DNA from: a bacterium
Lineage (GTDB): Bacteria > Bacillota > Clostridia > Christensenellales > UBA1242
DNA: 57,283 nt
Direction: 5' to 3'
Assembly: GCA_024692805.1 (NCBI GenBank)
Contig: JAILMD010000035.1
Span: 1 to 57,283, forward strand
Shown here piece by piece: positions 36,934 through 45,343 of this stretch (position 1 is its first letter; each line of letters starts with the position of its first letter). The notes beneath the pieces were generated by a model. The model did not search any database. It was not told the origin of the DNA and was given only the letters and a program-made list of their open reading frames with translations. A program made the position numbers and the translations under genes.

Positions 36934-37410
36934 ATGGGGCTTTTTAATTGGTTAATGAAAGGCATGGGAAATGAAGGTGAAGAAGATGACCCTTCATTAA
37001 ACAAAAAAGAAAGAAGACGTAAAAAACAGAAAGACGTTGAGCCAGAGCAACAACAAATGAGTATGGATTCAAATTCTTTTGCTCATGACCCTGATCAATT
37101 TAACACCGCCGAAAGATTTGAAAGTGATAATTACCTAAGCAATAATATGGGTGGGTATGGAACAAAGAACGTTGTTTTCTTTTATCCAAAAGATTATCAC
37201 GAGATTCAGAAGCTGGTGGATTTTTTGAAGCAGGGCGAATCTGCTATTCTTAACCTTGATGGAATTGGTGATGATGAAGCTCAAAGAATGCTTGATTTTG
37301 TTAGTGGCGCAGTTTACGCCTTAAATGGAAGTACGCAACGAGTTTCTGGAAATATCTTTTTGTTAACTCCTGAGGGGCTTAACATTATGGTTCCTAAAGA
37401 AGATAACTAA
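36934..37410 (+). CDS. sepF: cell division protein SepF
   Basis: Disordered N-terminal part, then a DUF552 core (VVFFYPKDYHEIQKLVDFLKQGESAILNL...AQRMLDFVSGAVYALNGSTQRVSGNIFLLTP). Confidence 0.88.
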   Translation: MGLFNWLMKGMGNEGEEDDPSLNKKERRRKKQKDVEPEQQQMSMDSNSFAHDPDQFNTAERFESDNYLSNNMGGYGTKNVVFFYPKDYHEIQKLVDFLKQGESAILNLDGIGDDEAQRMLDFVSGAVYALNGSTQRVSGNIFLLTPEGLNIMVPKEDN

Positions 37411-37454
37411 GAATAAAAAAATAATGTTTTCATAAACTAGCCTTGGAGGAGTTT

Positions 37455-37595
37455 ATGGGAAACCTTAGCAAATCAGAATGGCTTGAATATAAAGTTAAAA
37501 AGCAACAGGAAGATATTGATTATCTTAGGGAAGTTATTTCAAACCTAAGAAGTGAACTTCAGGAAAAAGAGAATGAAGAAAATGAAAAAGATTAA
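37455..37595 (+). CDS. small coiled-coil protein (46 aa), not in the ORF track
   Basis: ggagga RBS 4 nt before the ATG. MGNLSKSEWLEYKVKKQQEDIDYLREVISNLRSELQEKENEENEKD. The TAA is followed directly by a strong terminator. Confidence 0.5.
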   Translation: MGNLSKSEWLEYKVKKQQEDIDYLREVISNLRSELQEKENEENEKD

Positions 37596-37620
37596 AGCAC
37601 CATATTTGGTGCTTTTTTTG
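37594..37620 (+). terminator. rho-independent terminator
   Basis: aaagcacca-tatt-tggtgcttt hairpin plus T run. Confidence 0.85.
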
Positions 37621-37736
37621 TAGAAAATTAACAAAAAAATGAGCATATGTTACAAATCATTTTTTATATTTATCTTAATATTATATAATTAATAAAGAGT
37701 TAGCGAACTCACTATTTTTTACACTAGAGGAAAATT

Positions 37737-38882
37737 ATGAGAATATTAGTTGTTTGCGATGTTTTAGGAGAAGAAAATAACGGCACAACTGTTGCCACTA
37801 TGAATTTAATTAGATTTTTAAAATCTCAAAACCATGAAGTTAGAGTTCTTTGCTGTGATAAAACCAAAATGGGTAAAGAAGGTTATTATATTGCCCCAGT
37901 TCTTAATTTTGGTATTTTAAATAAATATGTTGAGAATGCTGGTGTTGAGCTTGCTAAAGCCGATAAAAGAGTTATTATGCAAGCACTTGATGGTGTTGAC
38001 CATGTTCATATTATGCTTCCATTTTCTTTGGGAACTCACGTTGCTAAAATCGCATATAAAAGAGGCCTGCCAATAACTGCTGGTTTTCATATGCAGGCTG
38101 AAAACTTTACTGCTTATCTTAAACTAAATAGATTAAAATGTTTAAATCATTTAGTTTATAAGGTTATTTGGAAGAAACTTTATAGATATGTTGATGGTAT
38201 TCATTACCCAACAGAATTCATCAAAGACACCTTTGAGCGTCATATTAAAAGAAAAACAAATGCTTATGTTATTTCAAATGGAATAAACGAGATGATGCAG
38301 GTTAAAAAGGTTGAGAAGAAACCTGAATATAAAGATAAGATTTTAATTCTAAGTGTTGGAAGATTAGAACGTGAAAAATCGCAAGACGTTTTAATTAAAG
38401 CGGCTGCGTTATCAAAATATAAAGATAAAATTCAAATTATTTTGGCGGGTAAAGGACACAAAGAAAAATATTACAAAAAACTTGGTGAAAAACTTCCTAA
38501 TAGGCCAATTTTTGCTTTCTATTCAAGGCAAGAATTAGTTGATATTTTGAATAGTGCTGATCTTTATATTCACCCTGCTGATATTGAACTTGAAGGGATC
38601 GCTTGTCTTGAAGCGATTGGGTGCGGAAAACTTGTTATTGTTTCTGATTCAAAACTCAGCGCAACAAGATATTTTGCTGTTGATGATAGGTGCATCTTTA
38701 AAACTAGAGACCCTAAAGACTTAGCAAGAGTTATTGATTATTGGCTTGATAATAAAGAAGAAAAGGCAAAAGTTGAAAAGAAATATCTTGAAAGTTCTAA
38801 AACAAATAGCTTAACTTATTGCATGCAGATGATGGAAAAAATGATGGTTGAGGTAAGTAATGCCAAAAAAGGTCAAAAGTAA
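37737..38882 (+). CDS. GT4-family (GT-B) glycosyltransferase, probably a diacylglycerol glycosyltransferase
   Basis: MRILVVCDV...NGTTV N-terminus and an EX7E-like region (ELEGIACLEAIGCG). Sits next to an acyltransferase. Confidence 0.8.
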   Translation: MRILVVCDVLGEENNGTTVATMNLIRFLKSQNHEVRVLCCDKTKMGKEGYYIAPVLNFGILNKYVENAGVELAKADKRVIMQALDGVDHVHIMLPFSLGTHVAKIAYKRGLPITAGFHMQAENFTAYLKLNRLKCLNHLVYKVIWKKLYRYVDGIHYPTEFIKDTFERHIKRKTNAYVISNGINEMMQVKKVEKKPEYKDKILILSVGRLEREKSQDVLIKAAALSKYKDKIQIILAGKGHKEKYYKKLGEKLPNRPIFAFYSRQELVDILNSADLYIHPADIELEGIACLEAIGCGKLVIVSDSKLSATRYFAVDDRCIFKTRDPKDLARVIDYWLDNKEEKAKVEKKYLESSKTNSLTYCMQMMEKMMVEVSNAKKGQK

Positions 38883-39690
38883 GAAGGTTATTTATTATAA
38901 AGACCCATTAAATGATGACTTTGCTGGAACAAAGATTAAACAGGTTAAAGTTGATGAAAACTTTAAGTTTATTCATAAAAACTTTTTCTTTAAGATGTGT
39001 TCCTTTATTTTGTATTACATTTTTGTTTTTCCTTTAATTTATATCTTTGAGAGGCTTATTTTAAGAGTTAAAATTGTTAATAAAAAAAGTTTAAAACAAG
39101 TTAAAAAACAAAATATTTTTCTTTATGGAAATCATACTTCAGCCGTTGACGCTTACACTCCTAATATTTTAGCCTTTCCTAAAAGAAACAGAATTATTGT
39201 TAACCCAGATGCCGTTTCTATTAAGGGAATAAGAACGCTAGTTCAAATGCTTGGCGCACTTCCTTTGCCATCAAAAAGTTCTGGAATGAGGAAGTTTTTA
39301 AGTGCGGTTGAATATTATCATAAAAAAGGGCATATAACAATTTATCCTGAGGCGCATATTTGGCCTTATTATACGGGCGTTAGACCTTTTACTAATTCTT
39401 CATTTAAATATCCTGTTAAGTTCAACGCGCCGGTTGTTGCTTTCTTTGTTGCTTACACAAAACCAAAAGGCTTTTTATCTTTTATGAGAAAGGCAAATGT
39501 TACTGTTTATATTAGTGATGTTTTTGTTCCTAACCCCGAGTTAAACCAAAAAGACGCTCAACAGGAATTAAGGGATAAAGTTTATGATTTTATGGTTGAA
39601 AAATCTAAACTCAGCGATTATGAGGTTATTGAATATAAGCAATTAGAAGAAGACCAAGAAAACAAAAGCGAGAAAGAACAAGGGCAATAA
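38860..39690 (+). CDS. lysophospholipid / 1-acyl-sn-glycerol-3-phosphate acyltransferase family protein
   Basis: N-terminal TM, HX4D motif (NHTSAVD), later YPEAH. 23-nt overlap with the GT gene. Confidence 0.75.
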   Translation: MPKKVKSKKVIYYKDPLNDDFAGTKIKQVKVDENFKFIHKNFFFKMCSFILYYIFVFPLIYIFERLILRVKIVNKKSLKQVKKQNIFLYGNHTSAVDAYTPNILAFPKRNRIIVNPDAVSIKGIRTLVQMLGALPLPSKSSGMRKFLSAVEYYHKKGHITIYPEAHIWPYYTGVRPFTNSSFKYPVKFNAPVVAFFVAYTKPKGFLSFMRKANVTVYISDVFVPNPELNQKDAQQELRDKVYDFMVEKSKLSDYEVIEYKQLEEDQENKSEKEQGQ

Positions 39691-39758
39691 GCCCTTTTTC
39701 TTTTATTTTTTTTGACAATGGTTATAAAAATGTGATAATCTTAACTTAGGGAGAAGTT

Positions 39759-40232
39759 ATGTTTAATATATTATTCGTTTGCACAGAGAACACTTGCCGA
39801 AGTCCAATGTGTGAATATATTTTTAAACATCTTTTAAAAAGCGCTAAATTAACCGGCGCTGATTGCGTAAGCGCAGGGGTTTATGCTGTTGATGGCGCTA
39901 AATATGCTGATAATGTTAGAGTTGTTTTAAAAGAATTAAAAATAATCCCTAAAAAGAAATCTAAAGCCTTAACCTTTGATATGGTTAATAAGGCAGACCT
40001 TATTGTTCCTTTAACTTCGGGGCATAAGGTGACAATAGTTAATAAATATAACTGCCTTAATAAAACTCAAACCTTTGCCGAACTTGGTGGGGCAAATGTT
40101 AGTGATCCTTATGGGTTAGGGGTTAATGAATATAGAGAAACTGCTAGAATAATTTTTGATAATTGCGTAAAACTTATCAATATACTTTTGAAAGAGGGAA
40201 TAATATGCGAAAAGAAATCTTCAAAAAAGTAA
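39759..40232 (+). CDS. low-molecular-weight protein phosphatase (Tyr/Arg phosphatase, YwlE-like)
   Basis: CTENTCRSPM CX5R P-loop at the N-terminus and the SDPYG Asp loop. Confidence 0.88.
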   Translation: MFNILFVCTENTCRSPMCEYIFKHLLKSAKLTGADCVSAGVYAVDGAKYADNVRVVLKELKIIPKKKSKALTFDMVNKADLIVPLTSGHKVTIVNKYNCLNKTQTFAELGGANVSDPYGLGVNEYRETARIIFDNCVKLINILLKEGIICEKKSSKK

Positions 40233-40669
40233 TAATCGCTGGCGATTATAGGGGGGATAAAATTAAACCCTTTATTTTAGATTGCTTAAAAGCCCTTAAA
40301 ATTAAAGGCGAAATCATTGAATCAAATGATGAAAACTATGTTGATGCAACTAGAAAGGTTGTTTCAAAATTAAATAATGACGAGGCTTGTGTTTTAGTTT
40401 GTGGAACAGGCGTTGGCGTTGCTATGGTTGCTAATAAGTTTCGCGGAATTAGGGCTTGCCTTGCAACAAACGAAGAAACAGCATATTATGCTAGGCGTCA
40501 TGAAAACGCTAATTGCCTTTGTTTGCCAGCAGGTTATTTTGATGGCGTTGTTAAACTAAACTTAACAAAGAATAAGATTGAAAAGATAATAAGAACTTTC
40601 TTTACAACAGATTTTGAAGGCGGAAGGCACATTGAAAGGCTTGATGTTTTAGATAAATTAGGGGAATAA
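40205..40669 (+). CDS. rpiB: ribose-5-phosphate isomerase B (RpiB/LacA/LacB family)
   Basis: IIAGDYRG..., VLVCGTGVGVAMVANKFRGIRA, RRHENANCLCL. ATG 40205 has an agaggga RBS. Confidence 0.85.
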   Translation: MRKEIFKKVIIAGDYRGDKIKPFILDCLKALKIKGEIIESNDENYVDATRKVVSKLNNDEACVLVCGTGVGVAMVANKFRGIRACLATNEETAYYARRHENANCLCLPAGYFDGVVKLNLTKNKIEKIIRTFFTTDFEGGRHIERLDVLDKLGE

Positions 40670-40670
40670 A

Positions 40671-41477
40671 ATGAACGAAGAAAGCAAAATTGATTTAGTT
40701 GTTATTAAAACAATTTGTAAAACCTTGTTAGCAATATTTGTTGTTGTTGGGTTTGTTTTTGTTAGCGTTTGTGCAATTAATCCTAAAGCCGCCTCAAACT
40801 ATGTAAGTAAAAATGCTCAAGCAGTTTTGCTTGAAAAAACTTATCGCAAATCTGGGCAAGTTGTTGATTTGTATAATGCTATTGAAATGAATCTTTCAAC
40901 CGAAAAATATTATACCGCTAGCAAACTTATTGAAGAAATGAAAGAGCGTGATGATTATAGCGAATTCTGCGCTAAAGTTAACCAAAGCGCAATTGCTCAA
41001 ACAACCCAAAAATCAAGGCTTGTTTTGGTTGCGGATTATGATTCATATTTAACAAGTCAATTAGTTAAGAGTTATTATTTATCAAATTTTACTGATAAAG
41101 CGGAAACCCTTGCTTCAAAAGAACTTACCACCAATTCTAACATTTATGATTGGTGTTTTGGAACTTATGTTGACTGTGTTGCGTCAGATAAGTTATTAAC
41201 TCAAGAAGAAAGGCAAAAGGCCTTGAACGATATTTATATTAAACTTTATAACAATTTATCAATTGACCAGGCAATAAATAATAATGTTAATGCGGTTGGA
41301 AACCCTGAAACATTATCTGGGCTTGAAAAATGTATGGCATATTATCAAATAATCAGGATTAGAAAAACACAACGAATTTTAATGTATGCTAATGGGCAAG
41401 ACATTAACACTATAACAGAAGAAATAGAAACGCTTATTGATAAATATGAAGATTCTGTTGCAGCATTAACTTTATAA
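40671..41477 (+). CDS. N-terminally anchored hypothetical protein (268 aa)
   Basis: 1-nt gap after rpiB. One TM (LLAIFVVVGFVFVSVCAI), then a helical soluble domain. No family recognised. Confidence 0.65.
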   Translation: MNEESKIDLVVIKTICKTLLAIFVVVGFVFVSVCAINPKAASNYVSKNAQAVLLEKTYRKSGQVVDLYNAIEMNLSTEKYYTASKLIEEMKERDDYSEFCAKVNQSAIAQTTQKSRLVLVADYDSYLTSQLVKSYYLSNFTDKAETLASKELTTNSNIYDWCFGTYVDCVASDKLLTQEERQKALNDIYIKLYNNLSIDQAINNNVNAVGNPETLSGLEKCMAYYQIIRIRKTQRILMYANGQDINTITEEIETLIDKYEDSVAALTL

Positions 41478-41489
41478 AAATGGGCAATA

Positions 41490-41522
41490 AAAAACACTTG
41501 GGTTAGCCAAGTGTTTTTCTTT
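41490..41522. terminator. bidirectional terminator
   Basis: aaacacttgg-gttag-ccaagtgttt 10-bp stem flanked by A and T runs. Confidence 0.85.
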
Positions 41523-41523
41523 T

Positions 41524-42891
41524 TTAAAATTCAACTTTTGAATAAATATAAGGAATTAATTCTTTAATCTTTAAACGTTTTTGTTCCATAGTGTCACGAT
41601 CTCTGATTGTAACCGAATCATCTTCTAAACTATCAAAGTCAATAGTTACGCAGAATGGCGTTCCGATTTCGTCTTGACGGCGATATCTTTTACCAATTGA
41701 ACCAGCCTCATCATAAGAACACATAAAGTGTTTATTAAGCATTCTTAAAACTTCTTTAGCCTTATCGTTTAAGTTCTTTTGAAGTGGAAGAACGGCAACT
41801 TTATATGGCGCAATAGCAGGGTTGAGGTGCATAACAATTCTTGTTTCACCATTTTCAAGCGTTTCTTCATCATAGGCTTCGCAAAGTGTTGCAAGCGATA
41901 ATCTTCCAACACCAATTGAATATTCAACAACTGTTGGTAAAAATTTCTCGTTAGTTATCGGGTCAGTATAAACCATACTCTTTCCGCTAAACTCTTGGTG
42001 TCTAGATAGATCCCAAGTTCCCCTGTGGTGAATACCATTTAATTCTTCCCAGCCAATAGGGAATTGATATTGAATATCGCAAGCACATTTAGCATAGTGA
42101 GCGAGTTTTTCGTGATCGTGAAAACGTAAACGTTTTTCATTTAAACCGATATCTTTAGCGAATTGTAATGCGTTAAGTTTGTTTTGGTTATAAATTTCAA
42201 TGGCCTCGCTATCTTTACAGAAAGTTTGAAGTTCCATTTGCTCAAATTCAATAGTTCTAAATAAGAAGTTACCAGGGGTTATTTCGTTTCTAAAACTTTT
42301 ACCAATTTGGGCAATACTGAAAGGAACTTTCGCTCTAGCAGTTCTTGCAACGTTAAGGAAGTTAACATATTCACCTTGGCAAGTTTCAGGGCGAAGGTAA
42401 ACAACATCTTTAGCGTTATCAATTGTTCCGCGGCTTGTTTCAAACATAAGCTTAAATTGCCTAATTGGCGTAAAGTCATGTTTTCCGCAAACAGGGCAGT
42501 TGATATGGTGCTCATCAATATACGCTTCCATTTGTTCGTTTGTCATTGCTTCAGCGCTAACTTTTCCTTTAGAATGTTCTTCAATAAGGTTATCAGCACG
42601 GAATCTGTTTTTACAATTTTTACAATCCATTTTAGGATCGCTAAAATTTTGAGTGTGACCAGAAGCGTCCCAAACTGTTGGGTTCATTAAAATTCCAGCG
42701 TCAACACCATAAGAGTTTTCGCTTTCTTGAACAAAACGCTTCCACCACGCTTTTTTAATATTATTTTCAAGCTCAACACCAAGAGGGCCATAGTCCCACG
42801 TGTTAGCAAAACCGCCGTAAATATCGCTTCCTGGGTAAACAAATCCACGACCTTTACATAGGTTAACAATTTTATCCATAGTTTTTTCCAT
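41524..42891 (-). CDS. glyQS: glycine--tRNA ligase (alpha2 type)
   Basis: About 455 aa class II aaRS. IVNLCKGRGFVYPGSDIYGG...WDYGPLG, FRNEITP. ATG 42891 has an aaaggag RBS (the ORF-track TTG at 42912 is an extension). Confidence 0.93.
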   Translation of the reverse strand: MEKTMDKIVNLCKGRGFVYPGSDIYGGFANTWDYGPLGVELENNIKKAWWKRFVQESENSYGVDAGILMNPTVWDASGHTQNFSDPKMDCKNCKNRFRADNLIEEHSKGKVSAEAMTNEQMEAYIDEHHINCPVCGKHDFTPIRQFKLMFETSRGTIDNAKDVVYLRPETCQGEYVNFLNVARTARAKVPFSIAQIGKSFRNEITPGNFLFRTIEFEQMELQTFCKDSEAIEIYNQNKLNALQFAKDIGLNEKRLRFHDHEKLAHYAKCACDIQYQFPIGWEELNGIHHRGTWDLSRHQEFSGKSMVYTDPITNEKFLPTVVEYSIGVGRLSLATLCEAYDEETLENGETRIVMHLNPAIAPYKVAVLPLQKNLNDKAKEVLRMLNKHFMCSYDEAGSIGKRYRRQDEIGTPFCVTIDFDSLEDDSVTIRDRDTMEQKRLKIKELIPYIYSKVEF

Positions 42892-42931
42892 AAAATGCTC
42901 CTTTAAGAACAATAAAACAATTAATAACTAA

Positions 42932-43117
42932 TTATTTTAATTTTTCAGCTCCATACTTATCTTCTTCAAGCTCGCTATTAATAATGCTTTCTTTAATTTT
43001 ATCAGCAGGGGTTGAGTTGATCCTGTCATTTTTTAATGGGGTTACTAATAAGCAAACTCCAAGGACAATTGCAAACGCTTGTATTACTGCTGAATTGGTA
43101 CTTTTGTAATGTTTCAT
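42932..43117 (-). CDS. small membrane protein (61 aa, 1 TM)
   Basis: aggaga RBS 9 nt upstream. TM AVIQAFAIVLGVCLLV. Same strand as glyQS, 40 nt upstream of it. Confidence 0.5.
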   Translation of the reverse strand: MKHYKSTNSAVIQAFAIVLGVCLLVTPLKNDRINSTPADKIKESIINSELEEDKYGAEKLK

Positions 43118-43219
43118 TTAAGTAGTTCTCCTATGTTTAAATTTTAATATTAAAGCATAACTTTGTCAATATATTATAGGTTTAATTTATAATATAAATA
43201 GAAAATTGGCTATAACCTG

Positions 43220-43247
43220 TTGTAAAATGACCAAAAAAGGTTATAAT
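43220..43247 (+). promoter_or_regulatory. candidate uvrB promoter very close to the start codon
   Basis: TTGTAA (43220-43225), 16-nt spacer, TATAAT (43242-43247). The ATG is at 43258. Confidence 0.35.
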
Positions 43248-43257
43248 ATAGTTGAAA

Positions 43258-45234
43258 ATGGAAAAAACCAAAGAAAATGTTTTTGAGCTCAATTCTAAAA
43301 TGAAGCCAACCGGCGATCAGCCAGAGGCCATTAAGAGTTTGGTTGGTGGGGTGCGTGATGGCTTGCGCACTCAAGTTTTGCTTGGCGTTACTGGAAGCGG
43401 AAAAACATTTACAATGGCAAACATTATTAAAGAGGTTAACAGGCCAACGCTTGTTATTGCGCATAATAAAACGCTAGCTGCCCAACTTTGTAATGAGTTT
43501 AGAGAGTTTTTTCCTAATAACAGCGTTAACTATTTTGTTAGTTATTATGATTTTTATCAGCCTGAAGCATATATCGTTTCAAGCGATACTTATATCGAAA
43601 AAGAAACACAAGTTAATGATGAAATAGATAAATTAAGGCATTCCGCAACTTGCGCGCTCTTTGAAAGAAAAGACGTAATTATTGTCGCCTCTGTTTCTTG
43701 TATTTATGGTTTGGGTGAGCCAAACGAATATCAAAAGATGGCAATTAGTTTGCGCCCAGGAATGAAAATAAGTAGAGATAAAGTGATTTCAAAGCTTGTT
43801 GACAATCAATATAAGCGCAACGACTTTGAATTTGCAAGGGGCAATTTTAGGGTTAATGGTGACGTTTTAGATATTTTTCCAGCAACCCAAAGTGAGCATT
43901 CAATAAGGGTGGAATTTTTTGGCGATGAAATTGATAGAATTAGCGAGATTGAAGCAGTTAGCGGAAAAACTATTGCAACGCTTGAGCATGCCGCTATTTA
44001 TCCAGCAAGCCATTATGTTGTTGGAAGTGAGAAACTCGAAAGCGCATTAAAACAAATCGAAAAAGATATGGAAGTTGAGGTTAAAGCGCTTGAAGAAAAA
44101 AATAAACTTATTGAAGCGCAAAGGCTTAAACAACGTGTTAGTTATGATATTGAAATGTTAAGAGAAATGGGTTATTGCAATGGCATTGAAAACTATTCAA
44201 GATACTTTGATGGAAGAAAGCCAGGCGAGAAGCCATATACTCTTTTTGATTATTTCCCTGATGATTGGTTACTTATGATTGATGAAAGCCACATAACAAT
44301 TCCACAAATTAGGGGAATGTTTAATGGAGATAGGGCAAGAAAGGAAAATCTTGTTGATTATGGGTTTAGGTTAAAATCTTCTTTTGATAATCGTCCGCTA
44401 AAATTTAGCGAGTTTGAGCAAAAGATTGATCAAATGATTTGTGTTTCAGCAACGCCTGGGCCATATGAACTTGAACACGCCGATAATATTGCGGAGCAAA
44501 TTATTAGGCCAACAGGTCTTCTTGACCCTGAAGTTAGCGTTAAACCAACAAAGAATCAAATTGACGATTTAATTAGCGAAATAAATAAGACTATTAAAAG
44601 TGGCGGAAGAGTTTTAGTTACAACATTAACTAAAAAGATGGCGGAAAGCCTTGGTGCCTATTTAAAAGAAAATGGAATAAAATCAACATATCTTCATAGC
44701 GAAATAAAAACTATGGAAAGAATTGAGATTATTAACAGCCTAAGAAGTGGAGAAGTTGATGTTATTGTTGGAATTAACCTTTTAAGAGAGGGACTAGATC
44801 TTCCTGAAGTTAAACTCGTTGCAATTCTTGATGCTGATAAAGAAGGCTTTTTAAGAAGTGAAGGAAGTTTAATTCAAACGATAGGTCGTGCCGCAAGAAA
44901 TAGTGAAGGGCGAGTTATTATGTATGCTGACAAAATTACTGAATCAATGGATAAAGCAATTAAAGAAACTAATAGGCGCCGTGAGATTCAAAAAGAATAT
45001 AACGTTAAGCATAACATAACACCTAAAACTATTATTAAAGACATTAAAAACACGCTTCAAATTTCAACAAAAACTGAGAATAAGAGTGAGGCAGTTAACA
45101 AAGAAAATATTCCTGCTATGATAGAAAATCTAAAGGCAATGATGAAAGTTGCTGCTGCTAATCTTGATTTTGAGAAGGCGATTGAAATAAGGGAAGAAAT
45201 TGCAAAACTAAATAAAAAACTTGAAAAAAGTTAA
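43258..45234 (+). CDS. uvrB: excinuclease ABC subunit B
   Basis: [17 protein letters not shown] Walker A, DESH box, C-terminal UVR domain ([13 protein letters not shown]). ATG 43258 preferred over the TTG at 43252. Confidence 0.95.
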   Translation: MEKTKENVFELNSKMKPTGDQPEAIKSLVGGVRDGLRTQVLLGVTGSGKTFTMANIIKEVNRPTLVIAHNKTLAAQLCNEFREFFPNNSVNYFVSYYDFYQPEAYIVSSDTYIEKETQVNDEIDKLRHSATCALFERKDVIIVASVSCIYGLGEPNEYQKMAISLRPGMKISRDKVISKLVDNQYKRNDFEFARGNFRVNGDVLDIFPATQSEHSIRVEFFGDEIDRISEIEAVSGKTIATLEHAAIYPASHYVVGSEKLESALKQIEKDMEVEVKALEEKNKLIEAQRLKQRVSYDIEMLREMGYCNGIENYSRYFDGRKPGEKPYTLFDYFPDDWLLMIDESHITIPQIRGMFNGDRARKENLVDYGFRLKSSFDNRPLKFSEFEQKIDQMICVSATPGPYELEHADNIAEQIIRPTGLLDPEVSVKPTKNQIDDLISEINKTIKSGGRVLVTTLTKKMAESLGAYLKENGIKSTYLHSEIKTMERIEIINSLRSGEVDVIVGINLLREGLDLPEVKLVAILDADKEGFLRSEGSLIQTIGRAARNSEGRVIMYADKITESMDKAIKETNRRREIQKEYNVKHNITPKTIIKDIKNTLQISTKTENKSEAVNKENIPAMIENLKAMMKVAAANLDFEKAIEIREEIAKLNKKLEKS

Positions 45235-45343
45235 AAATTTTAAAAAACCACTTAAAATATTGAATAAAATAGAGTGTTATGTTATTCATAATACTCCTAA
45301 AAACTATTTAAAATTGCAAAAAATAAGTATTAAGGAAATAAAA

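Noticed and set aside
39759-40669. LMW phosphatase plus rpiB pair as something unusual.
   Set aside because: It matches the known ywlE-ywlF (rpiB) neighbourhood of Bacillus subtilis. This is ordinary conserved synteny.
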